Shown here: positions 37,763-48,131 of the stretch, piece by piece
Numbering within the stretch: the stretch's first letter is position 1
Layout of the letters: every line of letters starts with the position of its first letter
Source: Candidatus Bathyarchaeota archaeon RBG_16_48_13
GTDB lineage: Archaea; Thermoproteota; Bathyarchaeia; RBG-16-48-13
Assembly: GCA_001775995.1 (NCBI GenBank)
Contig: MEZH01000007.1
Span: 123,761-187,760, forward strand
Direction: 5' to 3'
DNA length: 64,000 nt
Program-made: the position numbers and the translations under genes
The notes under the pieces: model-generated
Database searches by the model: none
What the model saw: only the letters and a program-made list of their open reading frames with translations
Told to the model about the DNA's origin: nothing

Positions 37763-38755
37763 CTATTTTCCACGATCTAGGAAGAAATCCACTAGTGCTT
37801 CGAGCAATTCTCTTTCATCGTGGTTCTCGAATATGGAGAGACTCTCTTTTGCTATGAATCCGTATCCAACAGCTACATGTCGGGCATAGTCAATCGAACC
37901 AATGGATCTGAAGAGATCGATAGCTGTACGGATCTCGTCCTGAGTTGAGTTTCTGTTCTTTAGTAAGCACATGATCGCTTTTCTTTGGTTCTCGTCGCTG
38001 TTGGCCAAGGCATGTGTTACTATCAGGGTCTTCTTTCCTTCCCTTAGGTCACTTCCGACTGGCTTCCCTAATGACTTGCCTTCAGCTGTTATGCCCAAGA
38101 TGTCGTCTATGATTTGAAAAGCTATCCCTGCATTGAAGCCATATGATCCCAGGTGTTCCACCTCTGCGTCAGTGCCTTTCCCAGCTATTGCACCTGCCTG
38201 AGCTGCCGCTTTGAAGAGAGCTGCGGTTTTCCCTCCTACCATTTCTATGTATTCTTTCTCGGTCACCCCAATCTTGTCTTCGTACATCATATCCAGAGTC
38301 TGTCCTTCGCACACCATGACGGCGGCCTCGGTTAGTTTCTTCAAGATCTCGATTAGATCTGCTTTTTCAATTCCACTCGCTAGAGCAACCTCAAAGACCT
38401 TAGCGAACAAAAGATCTCCCGCTGTTATCGCAACGGGTTCTCCAAAACTGACGTGGACTGTTGGGATACCTCTTCGTCGATCATCCTTGTCCATGATGTC
38501 GTCGTGGATCAGCGTGAAATTATGAAACAATTCCACGGCTGCGGCTATTCTGAGCGCGTTGTCCTCTTGTCCCCCCACAACCCTGCAAGATTCAAAAACA
38601 AGGAGAGGCCGAAGCCGCTTTCCTCCAGCTCTTAGGAGGTGACTGGCTGCATCATATAGTGTTCTCGGTTCTCTTTCAGTTCCAAGAGTGGCAAGAATCA
38701 CTGGGTCGATTTTCCTTGAGAGACGCTCAATTTCTGAAACGACATTCTTGCTCAA
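37763..38755 (-). CDS. idsA: Geranylgeranyl diphosphate synthase (short-chain trans-prenyltransferase)
   Basis: FARM 'LIHDDIMDKDDRRRG' and SARM 'FQIIDDILG' aspartate-rich motifs. Confidence 0.8.
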   Translation of the reverse strand: MSKNVVSEIERLSRKIDPVILATLGTEREPRTLYDAASHLLRAGGKRLRPLLVFESCRVVGGQEDNALRIAAAVELFHNFTLIHDDIMDKDDRRRGIPTVHVSFGEPVAITAGDLLFAKVFEVALASGIEKADLIEILKKLTEAAVMVCEGQTLDMMYEDKIGVTEKEYIEMVGGKTAALFKAAAQAGAIAGKGTDAEVEHLGSYGFNAGIAFQIIDDILGITAEGKSLGKPVGSDLREGKKTLIVTHALANSDENQRKAIMCLLKNRNSTQDEIRTAIDLFRSIGSIDYARHVAVGYGFIAKESLSIFENHDERELLEALVDFFLDRGK

Positions 38756-38758
38756 ATC

Positions 38759-39859
38759 TCAAGCCCTCGATCTATAAGATTCGATTCCGATACCGCGCGA
38801 TTTCATGTATTCCGCGGTTTTACCAGTGATAACTAAGGGCGCCATTCTCAGGTCCTCCAGATTCCTTGCTCCAACCAAAAACATTGTAGTTTGCAGTTCT
38901 TGAATCATGTAAGATAGTTCTCCCATTAGTGCCTCTTTGCCTTTCAAAGCGTATCTCAGAAGCGGAAGAGCCATACCAACGGCATCTGCTCCCAAAGCTA
39001 TGGCCTTGGCGATTTCTTGTCCGTTTCGAATTCCCCCTGAAGCAACAGCCGTGATACCGGTGGCTGACTTGACCTCGATTAAACTTATTGCCGTTGGTAT
39101 GCCCCAGTCCCAAAATGACAAGCCGAGTCTCTTATGTATGTCATCGTTAGCCTCTTCAGCACGGTAGTATTCAACAGCTGCCCAACTTGTTCCGCCTCCT
39201 CCTGCCACGTCAATCCCTCTCACTCCAGCTTTTTCAAGAATCCGTGCGACCTCCTTTGATATTCCCGAACCGACCTCTTTGGCTATGACCGGAACATGCA
39301 ATCTAGAAGTTAATCTACGGATTGCTGAGATACAACCTCGAAATTCTGGTTCTCCCTCTATCTGAACTGCTTCTTGCAGAGGATTCAGGTGAATGGCCAA
39401 GGCATTGGCGGATATCATCTCGATGGCCTTCTCAGCCTCCTCAATCTTGTATCCTTTCGCAATCTGAGAGGCTCCCAAGTTTGCGATTAGAAGAGTATTT
39501 GGAGCCTTCTCTCTAGCAATTCGGTAAGTATATTCTAGTGAAGGATTCTCTAAAGCGGCTCTTTGGCTTCCCAATCCTAGGCCTATTCTCAGCTCTTCGG
39601 CAGTTTCTGCCAAGATTGAATTCAACTTGGCAGCCTCCGAAGCTCCTCCGCTAATTGCCTCTATCATGATAGGCGCTTTCAGTTTTACTCCAAAGAGAGT
39701 CGTGTCCAACTGGACATCGCTCAAGTCAATTTCGGGCAACGCATTATGGACTAGGTGAATATCCCCAAAGCAATTAGTGATATTTCTTGCTTGAACGTCT
39801 TTTCTTGAACAAATTTCGATATGGCTGATCTTTCTCTTTTCGATTTTTCTTTCGACCAA
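38759..39859 (-). CDS. fni: Isopentenyl-diphosphate delta-isomerase type 2 (FMN-dependent)
   Basis: Type-2 IDI N-terminus 'RKISHIEICS...', FMN barrel motifs 'MIEAISGG', 'VIAKEVGSG' and 'IDVAGGGGTSWA'. Confidence 0.85.
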   Translation of the reverse strand: MVERKIEKRKISHIEICSRKDVQARNITNCFGDIHLVHNALPEIDLSDVQLDTTLFGVKLKAPIMIEAISGGASEAAKLNSILAETAEELRIGLGLGSQRAALENPSLEYTYRIAREKAPNTLLIANLGASQIAKGYKIEEAEKAIEMISANALAIHLNPLQEAVQIEGEPEFRGCISAIRRLTSRLHVPVIAKEVGSGISKEVARILEKAGVRGIDVAGGGGTSWAAVEYYRAEEANDDIHKRLGLSFWDWGIPTAISLIEVKSATGITAVASGGIRNGQEIAKAIALGADAVGMALPLLRYALKGKEALMGELSYMIQELQTTMFLVGARNLEDLRMAPLVITGKTAEYMKSRGIGIESYRSRA

Positions 39860-39871
39860 TATACCGATCTC

Positions 39872-40672
39872 CTAGAGTAGTACGGTACCGATGACGGCCT
39901 CGCCTCTAAGAGCCTTAAGTATCCTCTTAGGTTTCAAGGCGTTTACAAGGATAGCTTCGGCGCCATTTCTCAGTGCCGGAATAAGCTCTTGAAGTTTTCC
40001 TCCCATCCCACCTGTGACGTCTATTATGTCGGAACGCACATCTAGATTCTTGATACAGCTTCTCTGTTTGGATAGATTCACTCGGTGGAGTAGATTTGAG
40101 TTAGGATCGGTCCTAGGGTTTGACGCATATAGGCCGTCCACGTCAATGCCCATTACTATTCTAGTGGCTCCGAGCTTAATGGATAGGTACGATACTATTT
40201 GATCTCCCGAGAGAACGGTGAATCCAATTTCCCGATCAAACGAGATGTCTCCATAGAGAACTGGAACCAATTCTAGTTGCTGGATATCAAGAACTGCGTC
40301 CATGTTCAGCCAGTCTATTCGACCGCCTTTCGTAACAAAGCAAGAAGAAGGCTGAACTGGAAATGCTGGAACGCCCGCCTCTATCAAAGAGGTCATGACA
40401 ATGTGATTCAATCTGAGCATAGAGAGATGTGTTTTTGCGAGGCCGTAGAGTTGACTGGAGTCTCTGTAACCCTGTTTTATTGAGTACTCTTTGGCGATAG
40501 GATGCCCAAAGGAACCGCCGCCATGAACTATTATCAAAGGTTTGATGTTAGACTTTGCTATTTCTCTGGCCAACCTCCGAATAGTCTTTAAGGCATAAGT
40601 GAACGGTTTATCCTTCTTGGTTATTACTGAGCCGCCAAGTTTTAGTATTGTGAGATTCATGGAATTAGGCAA
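39872..40672 (-). CDS. ipk: Isopentenyl phosphate kinase (amino-acid-kinase fold)
   Basis: 'ILKLGGSVITKK' and 'IIVHGGGSFGH' AAK-family glycine motifs. It lies in the MVA pathway cluster. Confidence 0.75.
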   Translation of the reverse strand: MPNSMNLTILKLGGSVITKKDKPFTYALKTIRRLAREIAKSNIKPLIIVHGGGSFGHPIAKEYSIKQGYRDSSQLYGLAKTHLSMLRLNHIVMTSLIEAGVPAFPVQPSSCFVTKGGRIDWLNMDAVLDIQQLELVPVLYGDISFDREIGFTVLSGDQIVSYLSIKLGATRIVMGIDVDGLYASNPRTDPNSNLLHRVNLSKQRSCIKNLDVRSDIIDVTGGMGGKLQELIPALRNGAEAILVNALKPKRILKALRGEAVIGTVLL

Positions 40673-40832
40673 GTCTTCATCCCTCCGTCAAATAATTCAG
40701 CTATTATTTATGATTCATTCCTCTCGCACTATATTGGTGTGAATTCGAAAAATGCATCTGAGATCGTGACTGACAAATAGTGCCCTCTTGCATAAGCAAG
40801 CATATTGTAAGAACTCATCTCCATGACGTAGG

Positions 40833-41222
40833 TCAGTGCTGGAAAATATTGACGACTCCATCTGTTATTCGGATTAGATCGCCAGTCTTTATCTTTGAGA
40901 TGTCTATCTTATCGACGCATGGTATTTCTGATATGATAGCACCAACGGCGATCACGGTCTCGCATTCTTTGTTTATGATTCCAGCTGGAGCCATGCGGTT
41001 CTTTTTCATGCGATAAAGAGTATAAGATCCTACGGTTGAGCCTTTTCCAGTTGGGAAGACGATAATTTTGCTTTTTATGCTTTTGCCATGCAGTTCATGC
41101 CCTTTCTCAATTATTTCGCTGGTATTCGGATCTACTCCGCCATAGAATGAAATTGGCTGGGAAGTCACCAAAGCCTCTCCTTCACCAGTCCCTTTGAAAA
41201 TGATTCTTCCCCTCAGTTCCAT
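40833..41222 (-). CDS. Phosphomevalonate dehydratase small subunit (AcnX swivel domain, DUF126)
   Basis: 'FPTGKGSTVGSYTLYRM' DUF126 motif. The ATG at 41222 overlaps the large-subunit stop (ATGGAACTGA). The longer track ORF (to 41375) would overlap the upstream gene by 160 nt. Confidence 0.65.
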   Translation of the reverse strand: MELRGRIIFKGTGEGEALVTSQPISFYGGVDPNTSEIIEKGHELHGKSIKSKIIVFPTGKGSTVGSYTLYRMKKNRMAPAGIINKECETVIAVGAIISEIPCVDKIDISKIKTGDLIRITDGVVNIFQH

Positions 41223-42418
41223 TTTCCGCTCACCGCAGCCTCTATGCATTGTCTTAAACTGCCCATTCTTGTGGCCATCTTGTTTTGTCTTGAGTAGAAG
41301 CAGCCTTTGGCAGAGGTTGTTGCAACTGATTTGAATCGGCCCTTTAGTGGGGCTACAGCCATGCAAGTATCGCAAGCGAATTTTCCTCCGGCCTTCTCGA
41401 TGATTTCGGTGTATCCTCTCTTGTCAGCGACTTGTTTCACCAGTCGCGAAGTAGCCACCCAGAACTCCGTACTGAGAGAGATTCTCCTATCTTTCAGTAA
41501 CTCGGCAATCTCAGCAATTTCTTTTATCGAGCAATGGGGACAACCTATGCAGACCAGCTCGATATCCGTGACTGGGTCATTGATTTCTTCATATGCTTCC
41601 TTAAGGTCATTTTCTTCTATCGTGACCTTTTCTTTCGGAGGCGATTGAGTTTCGGACCCCGGCGTTATGTCCTTAATATAAAAGAGCGGTTGCGCTCCAT
41701 AGGTCACTACCGAGGCGCAGAAAGATTTCAGCTCGTCCACTTCTGCATCTTTTATGCCCGTGATGTAGGGTATTCTGTTTTCGGCTTTCTTGCCGATACT
41801 GTAGCCGAGAGCACCCCAATCTGACTGCGTTTTCAAAATGACATTCACTTGCACATAAATATTTGGCGCTCGGTTCTCGTCCAAGTGTAAACCGTATGCG
41901 GGCGTCATGCCAACGAAAGCTGCGGCGAGAGCTGATGGCCCGCCTTCTCGGTTGGTCCTAGCCCCAATGACAGAGTTGGCGAAAGTGACAGCAGACGACT
42001 CAGACCAGGCGATATGTTCTCCATATCTTGGAAGATTGCCTATGAAATATGGCGTGCAAGTGCAAGATGTTATTATCCCCATTTTCCTGAAAGCGTCTAT
42101 TACTAGATTCTGTTTTACGGCGAACTCATCACTAATCCCGAGGGTCCTCCAATTCTCCAGATCCATTCCAGCAGGGTTTAAAGTCGTGAGCACTTTGACC
42201 TTGCCGTCTTTTGCCAATTCATTCAGAAATTCTAAACCTGCATCTCCAAGGTTATGATAGGACACGCCTGCCACTTGGACTGACCCTACTCTAATGAGCT
42301 TATCTGCTCCATAGATGTCTCCAAGGGCGACCAGAATCTCCATGGATTTTCTTACTGCATAACCTTCTTCGCCACTGAGCATTCTCTGTTCTCTTTCTGT
42401 TAGGTACATGAAAATCAC
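41213..42418 (-). CDS. Phosphomevalonate dehydratase large subunit (aconitase X catalytic domain, DUF521)
   Basis: 401-aa AcnX-type (DUF521) pattern with Cys-rich segments 'TSCTCTPY' and 'CIGCPHCS'. Its position between mvk/ubiD-like and ipk supports this call. Confidence 0.65.
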   Translation of the reverse strand: MIFMYLTEREQRMLSGEEGYAVRKSMEILVALGDIYGADKLIRVGSVQVAGVSYHNLGDAGLEFLNELAKDGKVKVLTTLNPAGMDLENWRTLGISDEFAVKQNLVIDAFRKMGIITSCTCTPYFIGNLPRYGEHIAWSESSAVTFANSVIGARTNREGGPSALAAAFVGMTPAYGLHLDENRAPNIYVQVNVILKTQSDWGALGYSIGKKAENRIPYITGIKDAEVDELKSFCASVVTYGAQPLFYIKDITPGSETQSPPKEKVTIEENDLKEAYEEINDPVTDIELVCIGCPHCSIKEIAEIAELLKDRRISLSTEFWVATSRLVKQVADKRGYTEIIEKAGGKFACDTCMAVAPLKGRFKSVATTSAKGCFYSRQNKMATRMGSLRQCIEAAVSGKWN

Positions 42419-43722
42419 GTGAATCTTTCAATCTCAACTTCTCGGTATTTTTCCTTCGTGAAACCTTTGTCCGTTTTCCCGAAAGGAATTGTAGCGTCTA
42501 TCCCCATCTTGCAGGTAGTTGCCTTTCTTCCTTCAGCCAAATCTCCGGAAGGATCAAGCGATGACCCGGGCTGTTTCGGAAATATGAAGGCGTTCTTGTC
42601 TGCCTGAAATCGCGTGGCGACAGCCCATTCAACGTCATGTGGATCGTATATATCTATGTCCCCATCCACAATGACGCAGTGTTTCAATGATTTGTGGCCT
42701 TCGAAGGCTGCAACAATTGCCCTTCGTCCATCTTCGGCGTTTTGCTTCTTTATCTGGATGACAGCATGGAGCCAGCTACACCCTCCAGGGGTGATATAGA
42801 CGTCCTTGCATCGGCAAACCTTGTCAACCTCATTAAAGATGGTAGGCTCTTTGGGCATGCCCATCAGGAATTTATGTTCGTTCCTTCCCGCAAGTATTGT
42901 CTGGTAGAACGGTCTTTCCCGGTGAGTCACACATTTTATTTCTATTACTGGTTGCTGTCGGACCTTGTCCAAGGTTCCAGTTAGGTCTAAGAATGGCCCC
43001 TCAGAGGCTTTTTCTTTCGTTATTCTGCCTTCCAGAACGATCTCACATTCTTTTGGCACCTCAAGGTCCAAGGTCTTACATTTCACCAACGGGGTATCTT
43101 CTAGCGCATTAGCCATTCCCAACTCATCGATACCCTTCGGCAACGATGTTGCAGCCGCCAGGAGAACCGCCGTTGAGTTGCCTATGCATATCGCAATATC
43201 TAGCTCACCCTCGGCCCTGTTGAGAGCTGTGTCTGTACCTCGATCTTCAACGATGCGGGCCAGTAATTTATCGGGACCAAAAAGCATGAGTCTATGGAAA
43301 CTCATGTTCCTGCCCAATTCTGCGTCTTTCACTATTGATACAGCTGAGGCGATATATTTCCCGCCGTCTTTTTCGGTGTATCTCATTATTGGCAATCTTG
43401 TAAGATCAACAGTTCTTTCCACTACTTCCTGGCACTCACCTTTGTCCACAATTCGCGGGGGCGAGGGATTTCTCAGAGCGCTAGATAATTTGTGCAGTAG
43501 TTGTTCTTTTCTGATTGACAATGATCGAGAGATGAGTTCCTTGGAGGAGACGAGACCAGCTACTACAGGTACGCGTGATTCTTTCACATTCTCGAAAAGT
43601 ACTGGTTTTTCGCCAAGGGCGTTTATGATTCCTGCCAGTTCGTATTCCGTTGAAACCTGTCGGGTTATTCTTCTTAGCTCTCCAGCTTTGTCGAGTTGCT
43701 CTAGGAAACTTCTGAAACCCAA
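42415..43722 (-). CDS. UbiD-family decarboxylase, probable trans-anhydromevalonate-5-phosphate decarboxylase (AMPD)
   Basis: 435-aa UbiD-fold pattern ('ILAGRNEH', 'GGCSWLH'). It overlaps the PMDh large-subunit start by 4 nt. Confidence 0.65.
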   Translation of the reverse strand: MGFRSFLEQLDKAGELRRITRQVSTEYELAGIINALGEKPVLFENVKESRVPVVAGLVSSKELISRSLSIRKEQLLHKLSSALRNPSPPRIVDKGECQEVVERTVDLTRLPIMRYTEKDGGKYIASAVSIVKDAELGRNMSFHRLMLFGPDKLLARIVEDRGTDTALNRAEGELDIAICIGNSTAVLLAAATSLPKGIDELGMANALEDTPLVKCKTLDLEVPKECEIVLEGRITKEKASEGPFLDLTGTLDKVRQQPVIEIKCVTHRERPFYQTILAGRNEHKFLMGMPKEPTIFNEVDKVCRCKDVYITPGGCSWLHAVIQIKKQNAEDGRRAIVAAFEGHKSLKHCVIVDGDIDIYDPHDVEWAVATRFQADKNAFIFPKQPGSSLDPSGDLAEGRKATTCKMGIDATIPFGKTDKGFTKEKYREVEIERFT

Positions 43723-43761
43723 ATAAGGTTCATCCTTGTTTGTTATTGGTTCACGTTTTCC

Positions 43762-44706
43762 TTAAATCTTTTCGACACCAATCTTTGTGCGTAATACTTC
43801 AAATCCAGCATCCTCAATTGCCTTTGCAACTTTGTCCTGGAGCTTTTTTGTCGGCGTCAGAGCTGTCATGCAGCCTCCACCACCGCCACCTGTTACCTTT
43901 GCTCCAAAGGAGCCTTCTTTCCTAGCTAAATTGACCAGAAAATCCAGTTCCTTGCAGGATACACCAATCTCTTGGAGCAGGCGGTGATTCTCGTTCATTA
44001 GAGTCCCTACTTGCATCATATCAAACTCCTCGAGGGCTTTTCTTCCCGAAAATGCTAAGTCTTCAGCATTTTTGAATAGGGGATCATATTTTCTCGGATT
44101 GCTTTTTTTTCTCGTTGCCACACCAGCAACCATTTCTTTGGTGTTAGCGACGATTCCCGTGTTGCCTATGATGATTTCAACCGGTCTTCTAATGCTTATT
44201 CTTTCGATGGTGTTCGGACCCTCCTCCATATTCTTCCTAAACCATAGTAGGCCGCCATAGGTTGCGGCCGTATTGTCAATTCCTGAAGGAGTTCCTGCGT
44301 AGGCTTTTTCAGCCTCATACGCAATCTCGTTGATCCTTTCATCGGATAGATCTTTTCCAAATTCTCCTGCAATGGCGCGGGCAATCGCAACACTACTTGC
44401 TGCAGAGGCCCCAAGCCCGCTGAAACCTGGAAGATTTCCCCCTAAAGAGATATTCAATGAAACCGTTTTTGGGTCAATCTCCATCGCCTCCAGTATTCTT
44501 TCTATAGACTCGAGCTGTTGAAGCTTTTTTTCTTCGGCGTAACACTTTGCGCCTTTGCGCCTATCCTTTATAGTAATCCCTTTTCCAGTCCTACGCACTT
44601 CCGCGTCAGCAGTTGAATCAATCGCAGAGACAATTCCCGGAACGCCGTGAACTACAAAATGTTCTCCAAATAGAATGACCTTGCCAAAGCCTGACCCTCT
44701 TCTCAT
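43762..44706 (-). CDS. mvk: Mevalonate kinase (GHMP kinase)
   Basis: 'GKVILFGEHFVVHG' N-terminus and the GHMP motif 'PGFSGLGASAASSVA'. Confidence 0.8.
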   Translation of the reverse strand: MRRGSGFGKVILFGEHFVVHGVPGIVSAIDSTADAEVRRTGKGITIKDRRKGAKCYAEEKKLQQLESIERILEAMEIDPKTVSLNISLGGNLPGFSGLGASAASSVAIARAIAGEFGKDLSDERINEIAYEAEKAYAGTPSGIDNTAATYGGLLWFRKNMEEGPNTIERISIRRPVEIIIGNTGIVANTKEMVAGVATRKKSNPRKYDPLFKNAEDLAFSGRKALEEFDMMQVGTLMNENHRLLQEIGVSCKELDFLVNLARKEGSFGAKVTGGGGGGCMTALTPTKKLQDKVAKAIEDAGFEVLRTKIGVEKI

Positions 44707-45046
44707 TCAAGCCACCCTGAAATGGTGACTATTGCTGAAATTGAATAAAAGTATTCGTTGCTAGGGAATGTAGCAATTTCAGTGCTTTTACCGTAGAAAA
44801 CGGCATCTACTCAAAACAAATAAGTATGCATTATCTTGAAAATACTGCCGAAAGGCAAAGGCCCAAAGGTCGTGCGAAGGTGCCAGAGCTACTGACCCAA
44901 GCAAGGGCAATCGTTCAAGCTGATTGATAACATGACGTTGCAGGGTTCTTTCATTCGCTAGATGGTAGATCCATCTCGATTGCCAATTTTCGGGTATCAG
45001 AGGGACTTCGATAGATGAATCCGTAAGAGCTGGATAGGGACCGATT

Positions 45047-45745
45047 TCACTCCATATCCGGTTCGGCCGTTACACCTACGTCAGCCAATTTCGTCTCAAA
45101 ATCGTCTATCGTGGCAGTAATGTTGGCGTCCTGTTGGAGTTCGCCCCTTTCACGAAGTATTTGGCGGGCCAAAAGCCAATATACAGTCGCCAAGGCTCTT
45201 CTGCCTTTGTTGTTGGCAGGTATTACGTAATCTACCCCAGAAAAATCGTTCTCCGTATCACAGATTGCAACTATAGGTTTGCCCACGAGTATGCCTTCTT
45301 TCACTGCCTGTCTGTCGGCCTTCGGGTCGGTCACGATTATTACTTGAGGCTCTACATATGTAGGATAAGCTGGATTTGAAAAGACACCGGGCATGAAACG
45401 ACCAATTATCGAACGGGTACCTACAGTTTCGCAGAATTTCTTCACCGGAGTCTTCCCATATAGTCTAGCTGATATAACTACAACTTCGGAAGGGTTGAAT
45501 TGGGCAATAAACTTGGCTGCAATCTTGATCCTTTCATCAGTCTTCTTAACGTCCAACACGTATAGTCCGTCCGGACGAATCCTATAAATGAAGGGTTCCA
45601 TATCAGAGGTTTTTATCCGAGTTCCTATATGGATGCCCGCTGACAGAAGTACATCTATCGGAAGAAGAAGGGATACTCCTTCAGCCAATGCCTCTTCTTC
45701 GGTTTTCTCAACATTCGGAACGGTTTTTTCTTCGCCATTCGACAT
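45047..45745 (-). CDS. rps2: 30S ribosomal protein S2 (uS2)
   Basis: 'LLSAGIHIGTRIKT' and 'VVVISARLYG' uS2 motifs. Confidence 0.85.
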   Translation of the reverse strand: MSNGEEKTVPNVEKTEEEALAEGVSLLLPIDVLLSAGIHIGTRIKTSDMEPFIYRIRPDGLYVLDVKKTDERIKIAAKFIAQFNPSEVVVISARLYGKTPVKKFCETVGTRSIIGRFMPGVFSNPAYPTYVEPQVIIVTDPKADRQAVKEGILVGKPIVAICDTENDFSGVDYVIPANNKGRRALATVYWLLARQILRERGELQQDANITATIDDFETKLADVGVTAEPDME

Positions 45746-45757
45746 TATCTAGACCCT

Positions 45758-47020
45758 CTACATGTATTCTCTGAAATCGCAAATTCTCGCTCGCTTACCC
45801 AACAGCTTCTCGATCCTAACCAGCTCATTCACTTTTGTGGCTCGCTCCCCGCCTACAACGCCGAGTTTGATCAGTGGGGTTCCAAAAGCTACGGCAATAT
45901 GTGTCAAGTGACTGTCATTAGTTTCTCCTGATCGGTGGGATGCAACAGGAATGAATCCATGGCGTTTTGCCATTTTGGTTGTCTTAAAGGCATCTGTTAG
46001 TGTACCAATCTGATTTGGTTTTATGATTATGGCATTTCCTGAACCCTTTTCGATCCCTCGAAGAAGTCGGCTAACGTTAGACGTATAGAGATCATCTCCG
46101 CAGATTAGACAATCCTTGGTTTTCCGCGTGAGCTCAGCAAAACCGCCAAAGTCTTCTTCGTGAAGTGGATCTTCGGCGTACACCAGTTTGTATTCTCTTA
46201 TCAGATTCTGGATGAAATCTATCTGTTCCTCTTCGGTAAATTTTTTGCCATCTCTTGGGTACAAGTATTTTCTTTGATGAGGGTCCCAAAGGGAAGAAGC
46301 CGCCACATCCACGCCCATTCCAATCTTCATTCCAGATTCTTCCGATACAGAGGCGCAAGCATCAGAGACTATGCTTAATGCTTCTTCGTTGTCAATGTTT
46401 GGGGCCCATCCTCCTTCGTCGCCCTTCCCGCCAGTGAAGTTGGAGTCTCTTTTTCCTAGAATCACTCCCACCTTCCTATGGACATCTATATTGGCCATAG
46501 CCGCATCTAGAAATGAAGGCGCGTTTAGAGTTACAACCAGGATCTCTTGTATGTCTGGAGCCTTCTTGCCAGCATGTTTCCCACCGCCTAATACGTTGCC
46601 TAAGGGTTGTGGCAGATCCGTAACCAGAGATCCAGAAAGGTGATAAAAAAGGGGCATTTCGATGGAATTTGCGGCAGCAGATGCTGCCGCAACTGATATG
46701 GCATAGGCTGTATTCCCACCTATCCTACTGAAGTCAGTTGTGCCATCGACATCGTGTAGGGTTTGGTCGATGAGTTCTTGTTCATCAGCATCCTTTCCAA
46801 GTAAGGCAGGGGCCACGATCTTTTCGACTTGGTCTATCGCTCCTTGGACACTGTTATTAGGATAAGATTTGACCTCGAACTTCCCTTTGCTAGCTCCCGA
46901 AGGCGCTGAAGCTATTCCCAATCCCCCCTCAGTGGATATGGTTGCTTCAAGTGTAGGCTCGCCTCGACCATTGAATATCATCTGAGCTCTCACATCGAAG
47001 ATCTTGGTAAGAGAATTCAT
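45758..47020 (-). CDS. eno: Enolase
   Basis: '[19 protein letters not shown]' enolase signature near the C-terminus, and 'IIKPNQIGT'. Confidence 0.9.
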   Translation of the reverse strand: MNSLTKIFDVRAQMIFNGRGEPTLEATISTEGGLGIASAPSGASKGKFEVKSYPNNSVQGAIDQVEKIVAPALLGKDADEQELIDQTLHDVDGTTDFSRIGGNTAYAISVAAASAAANSIEMPLFYHLSGSLVTDLPQPLGNVLGGGKHAGKKAPDIQEILVVTLNAPSFLDAAMANIDVHRKVGVILGKRDSNFTGGKGDEGGWAPNIDNEEALSIVSDACASVSEESGMKIGMGVDVAASSLWDPHQRKYLYPRDGKKFTEEEQIDFIQNLIREYKLVYAEDPLHEEDFGGFAELTRKTKDCLICGDDLYTSNVSRLLRGIEKGSGNAIIIKPNQIGTLTDAFKTTKMAKRHGFIPVASHRSGETNDSHLTHIAVAFGTPLIKLGVVGGERATKVNELVRIEKLLGKRARICDFREYM

Positions 47021-47247
47021 TGAAGTTCCCTTTCGATCTTCTTCGCTCTTGCTGCTTCAGGGAATTTCAATAGCTCATCCACTAACTCGACATGAGCGAG
47101 AAGCATCCTTCTGCAACAATAGCGTTTCAGGCCAATATCTTCGAAGACTTTCTGAGGATCTTCGCCCGAGTCCACTCGACTCTTGAACTCGTCCCATTTG
47201 TCAGCAACGAGGTTTCCGCAGGTAAAACATCTAATGGGTATGATCAC
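47017..47247 (-). CDS. rpoN: DNA-directed RNA polymerase subunit N (Rpo10)
   Basis: '[11 protein letters not shown]...RYCCRRM' zinc motif. GTG start at 47247 chosen, giving the canonical 'M-IIPIRCF' N-terminus. The track ORF from 47301 would overlap rps9. Confidence 0.7.
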   Translation of the reverse strand: MIIPIRCFTCGNLVADKWDEFKSRVDSGEDPQKVFEDIGLKRYCCRRMLLAHVELVDELLKFPEAARAKKIERELQ

Positions 47248-47257
47248 CGCAATACCT

Positions 47258-47671
47258 CTATCTATAGGATTTCTGTTTTCTTCGTCTGGCTCCGGGTCCA
47301 CCGAATTTCTTGGGTTCGATTCTTCGAGGGTCTCCTGCCAACATTGTCCTATCGTAGCTCAGGAAGCTTTCTTTCACCGCTGAACTCTTAGTCCACTCTA
47401 CGATTCCTCTAGCGATGGCCATTCTTGCCGCCTCTGCTTGCCCCATAAACCCTCCGCCTTCGACATTTACGTCTATGTTGAGATTCTTCCAAGCTTCGCC
47501 CGACAGCATTAATGGCTCCACAATCTTGGATTTAGCCAAGGCAGGCTGATATATCTCCGCAGGTATTCCGTTTATTCTTATTCTTCCGGTTCCAATCTTT
47601 AGCGTAGCCCTCGCAATAGCAGCTTTTCTCTTTCCGCTCGTTAGGATCACTCGTTTTTTCTGAGTAGGCAT
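47258..47671 (-). CDS. rps9: 30S ribosomal protein S9 (uS9)
   Basis: C-terminal '[14 protein letters not shown]' uS9 tail. Confidence 0.85.
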   Translation of the reverse strand: MPTQKKRVILTSGKRKAAIARATLKIGTGRIRINGIPAEIYQPALAKSKIVEPLMLSGEAWKNLNIDVNVEGGGFMGQAEAARMAIARGIVEWTKSSAVKESFLSYDRTMLAGDPRRIEPKKFGGPGARRRKQKSYR

Positions 47672-47680
47672 AGAATCACC

Positions 47681-48124
47681 TTATTCTCTCCAGCTCAATT
47701 CCCGGGAAAGATTACCCACGGTCATATGAGGCTTGTTGATGTCGGTCAGTTTCGCTTCAGGTATTGTCATGCAAGTTTGTTCTTCGAATTCCTTCGGTCT
47801 GCCCACATAGACACGTAGCCTTCTGTAGGCTTCCCTTCCTCGGGATTTCTTCCAAGGGAGCATTCCTCTTATTGCTCTTCTTATTATCCTATCTGGAGTT
47901 CTGTAGTGGAACGGCCCTCGCCAAGGTGTAGCATGAGTTATGATCTTCATGCTTTCCTTCTTGGAATTGATTATGTATCTTTTGCCACCCGAAATGACAA
48001 CCTTCTCAGCGTTTATCATGACTACAGTCTCGCCTGAAAGAAGGAGCTTAGCTATGTATGTAGCAGCTCTACCCAGGATTAAACCGTCCCCATCGATTCC
48101 GGTAATCTTGATGTTGTCCGTCAT
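47681..48124 (-). CDS. rpl13: 50S ribosomal protein L13 (uL13)
   Basis: 'ILGRAATYIAKLLLSGETVVMINAEKVVISG' uL13 core. Confidence 0.85.
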   Translation of the reverse strand: MTDNIKITGIDGDGLILGRAATYIAKLLLSGETVVMINAEKVVISGGKRYIINSKKESMKIITHATPWRGPFHYRTPDRIIRRAIRGMLPWKKSRGREAYRRLRVYVGRPKEFEEQTCMTIPEAKLTDINKPHMTVGNLSRELSWRE

Positions 48125-48131
48125 GTAAAGT

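Noticed and set aside
44735-44800. Imperfect hairpin (GCTGAAATTG ... CAATTTCAGTGC) between rps2 and mvk, considered as a C/D-box sRNA or terminator
   Set aside because: There are no C (RUGAUGA) or D (CUGA) boxes in the proper arrangement, and no T-tract on the transcribed strand. Probably just promoter-region secondary structure.
47017-47301. RpoN start at the ATG at 47301 (94 aa)
   Set aside because: That ORF would overlap rps9 by 44 nt and add a non-conserved 18-aa leader. The GTG at 47247 gives the canonical M-IIPIRCF N-terminus.
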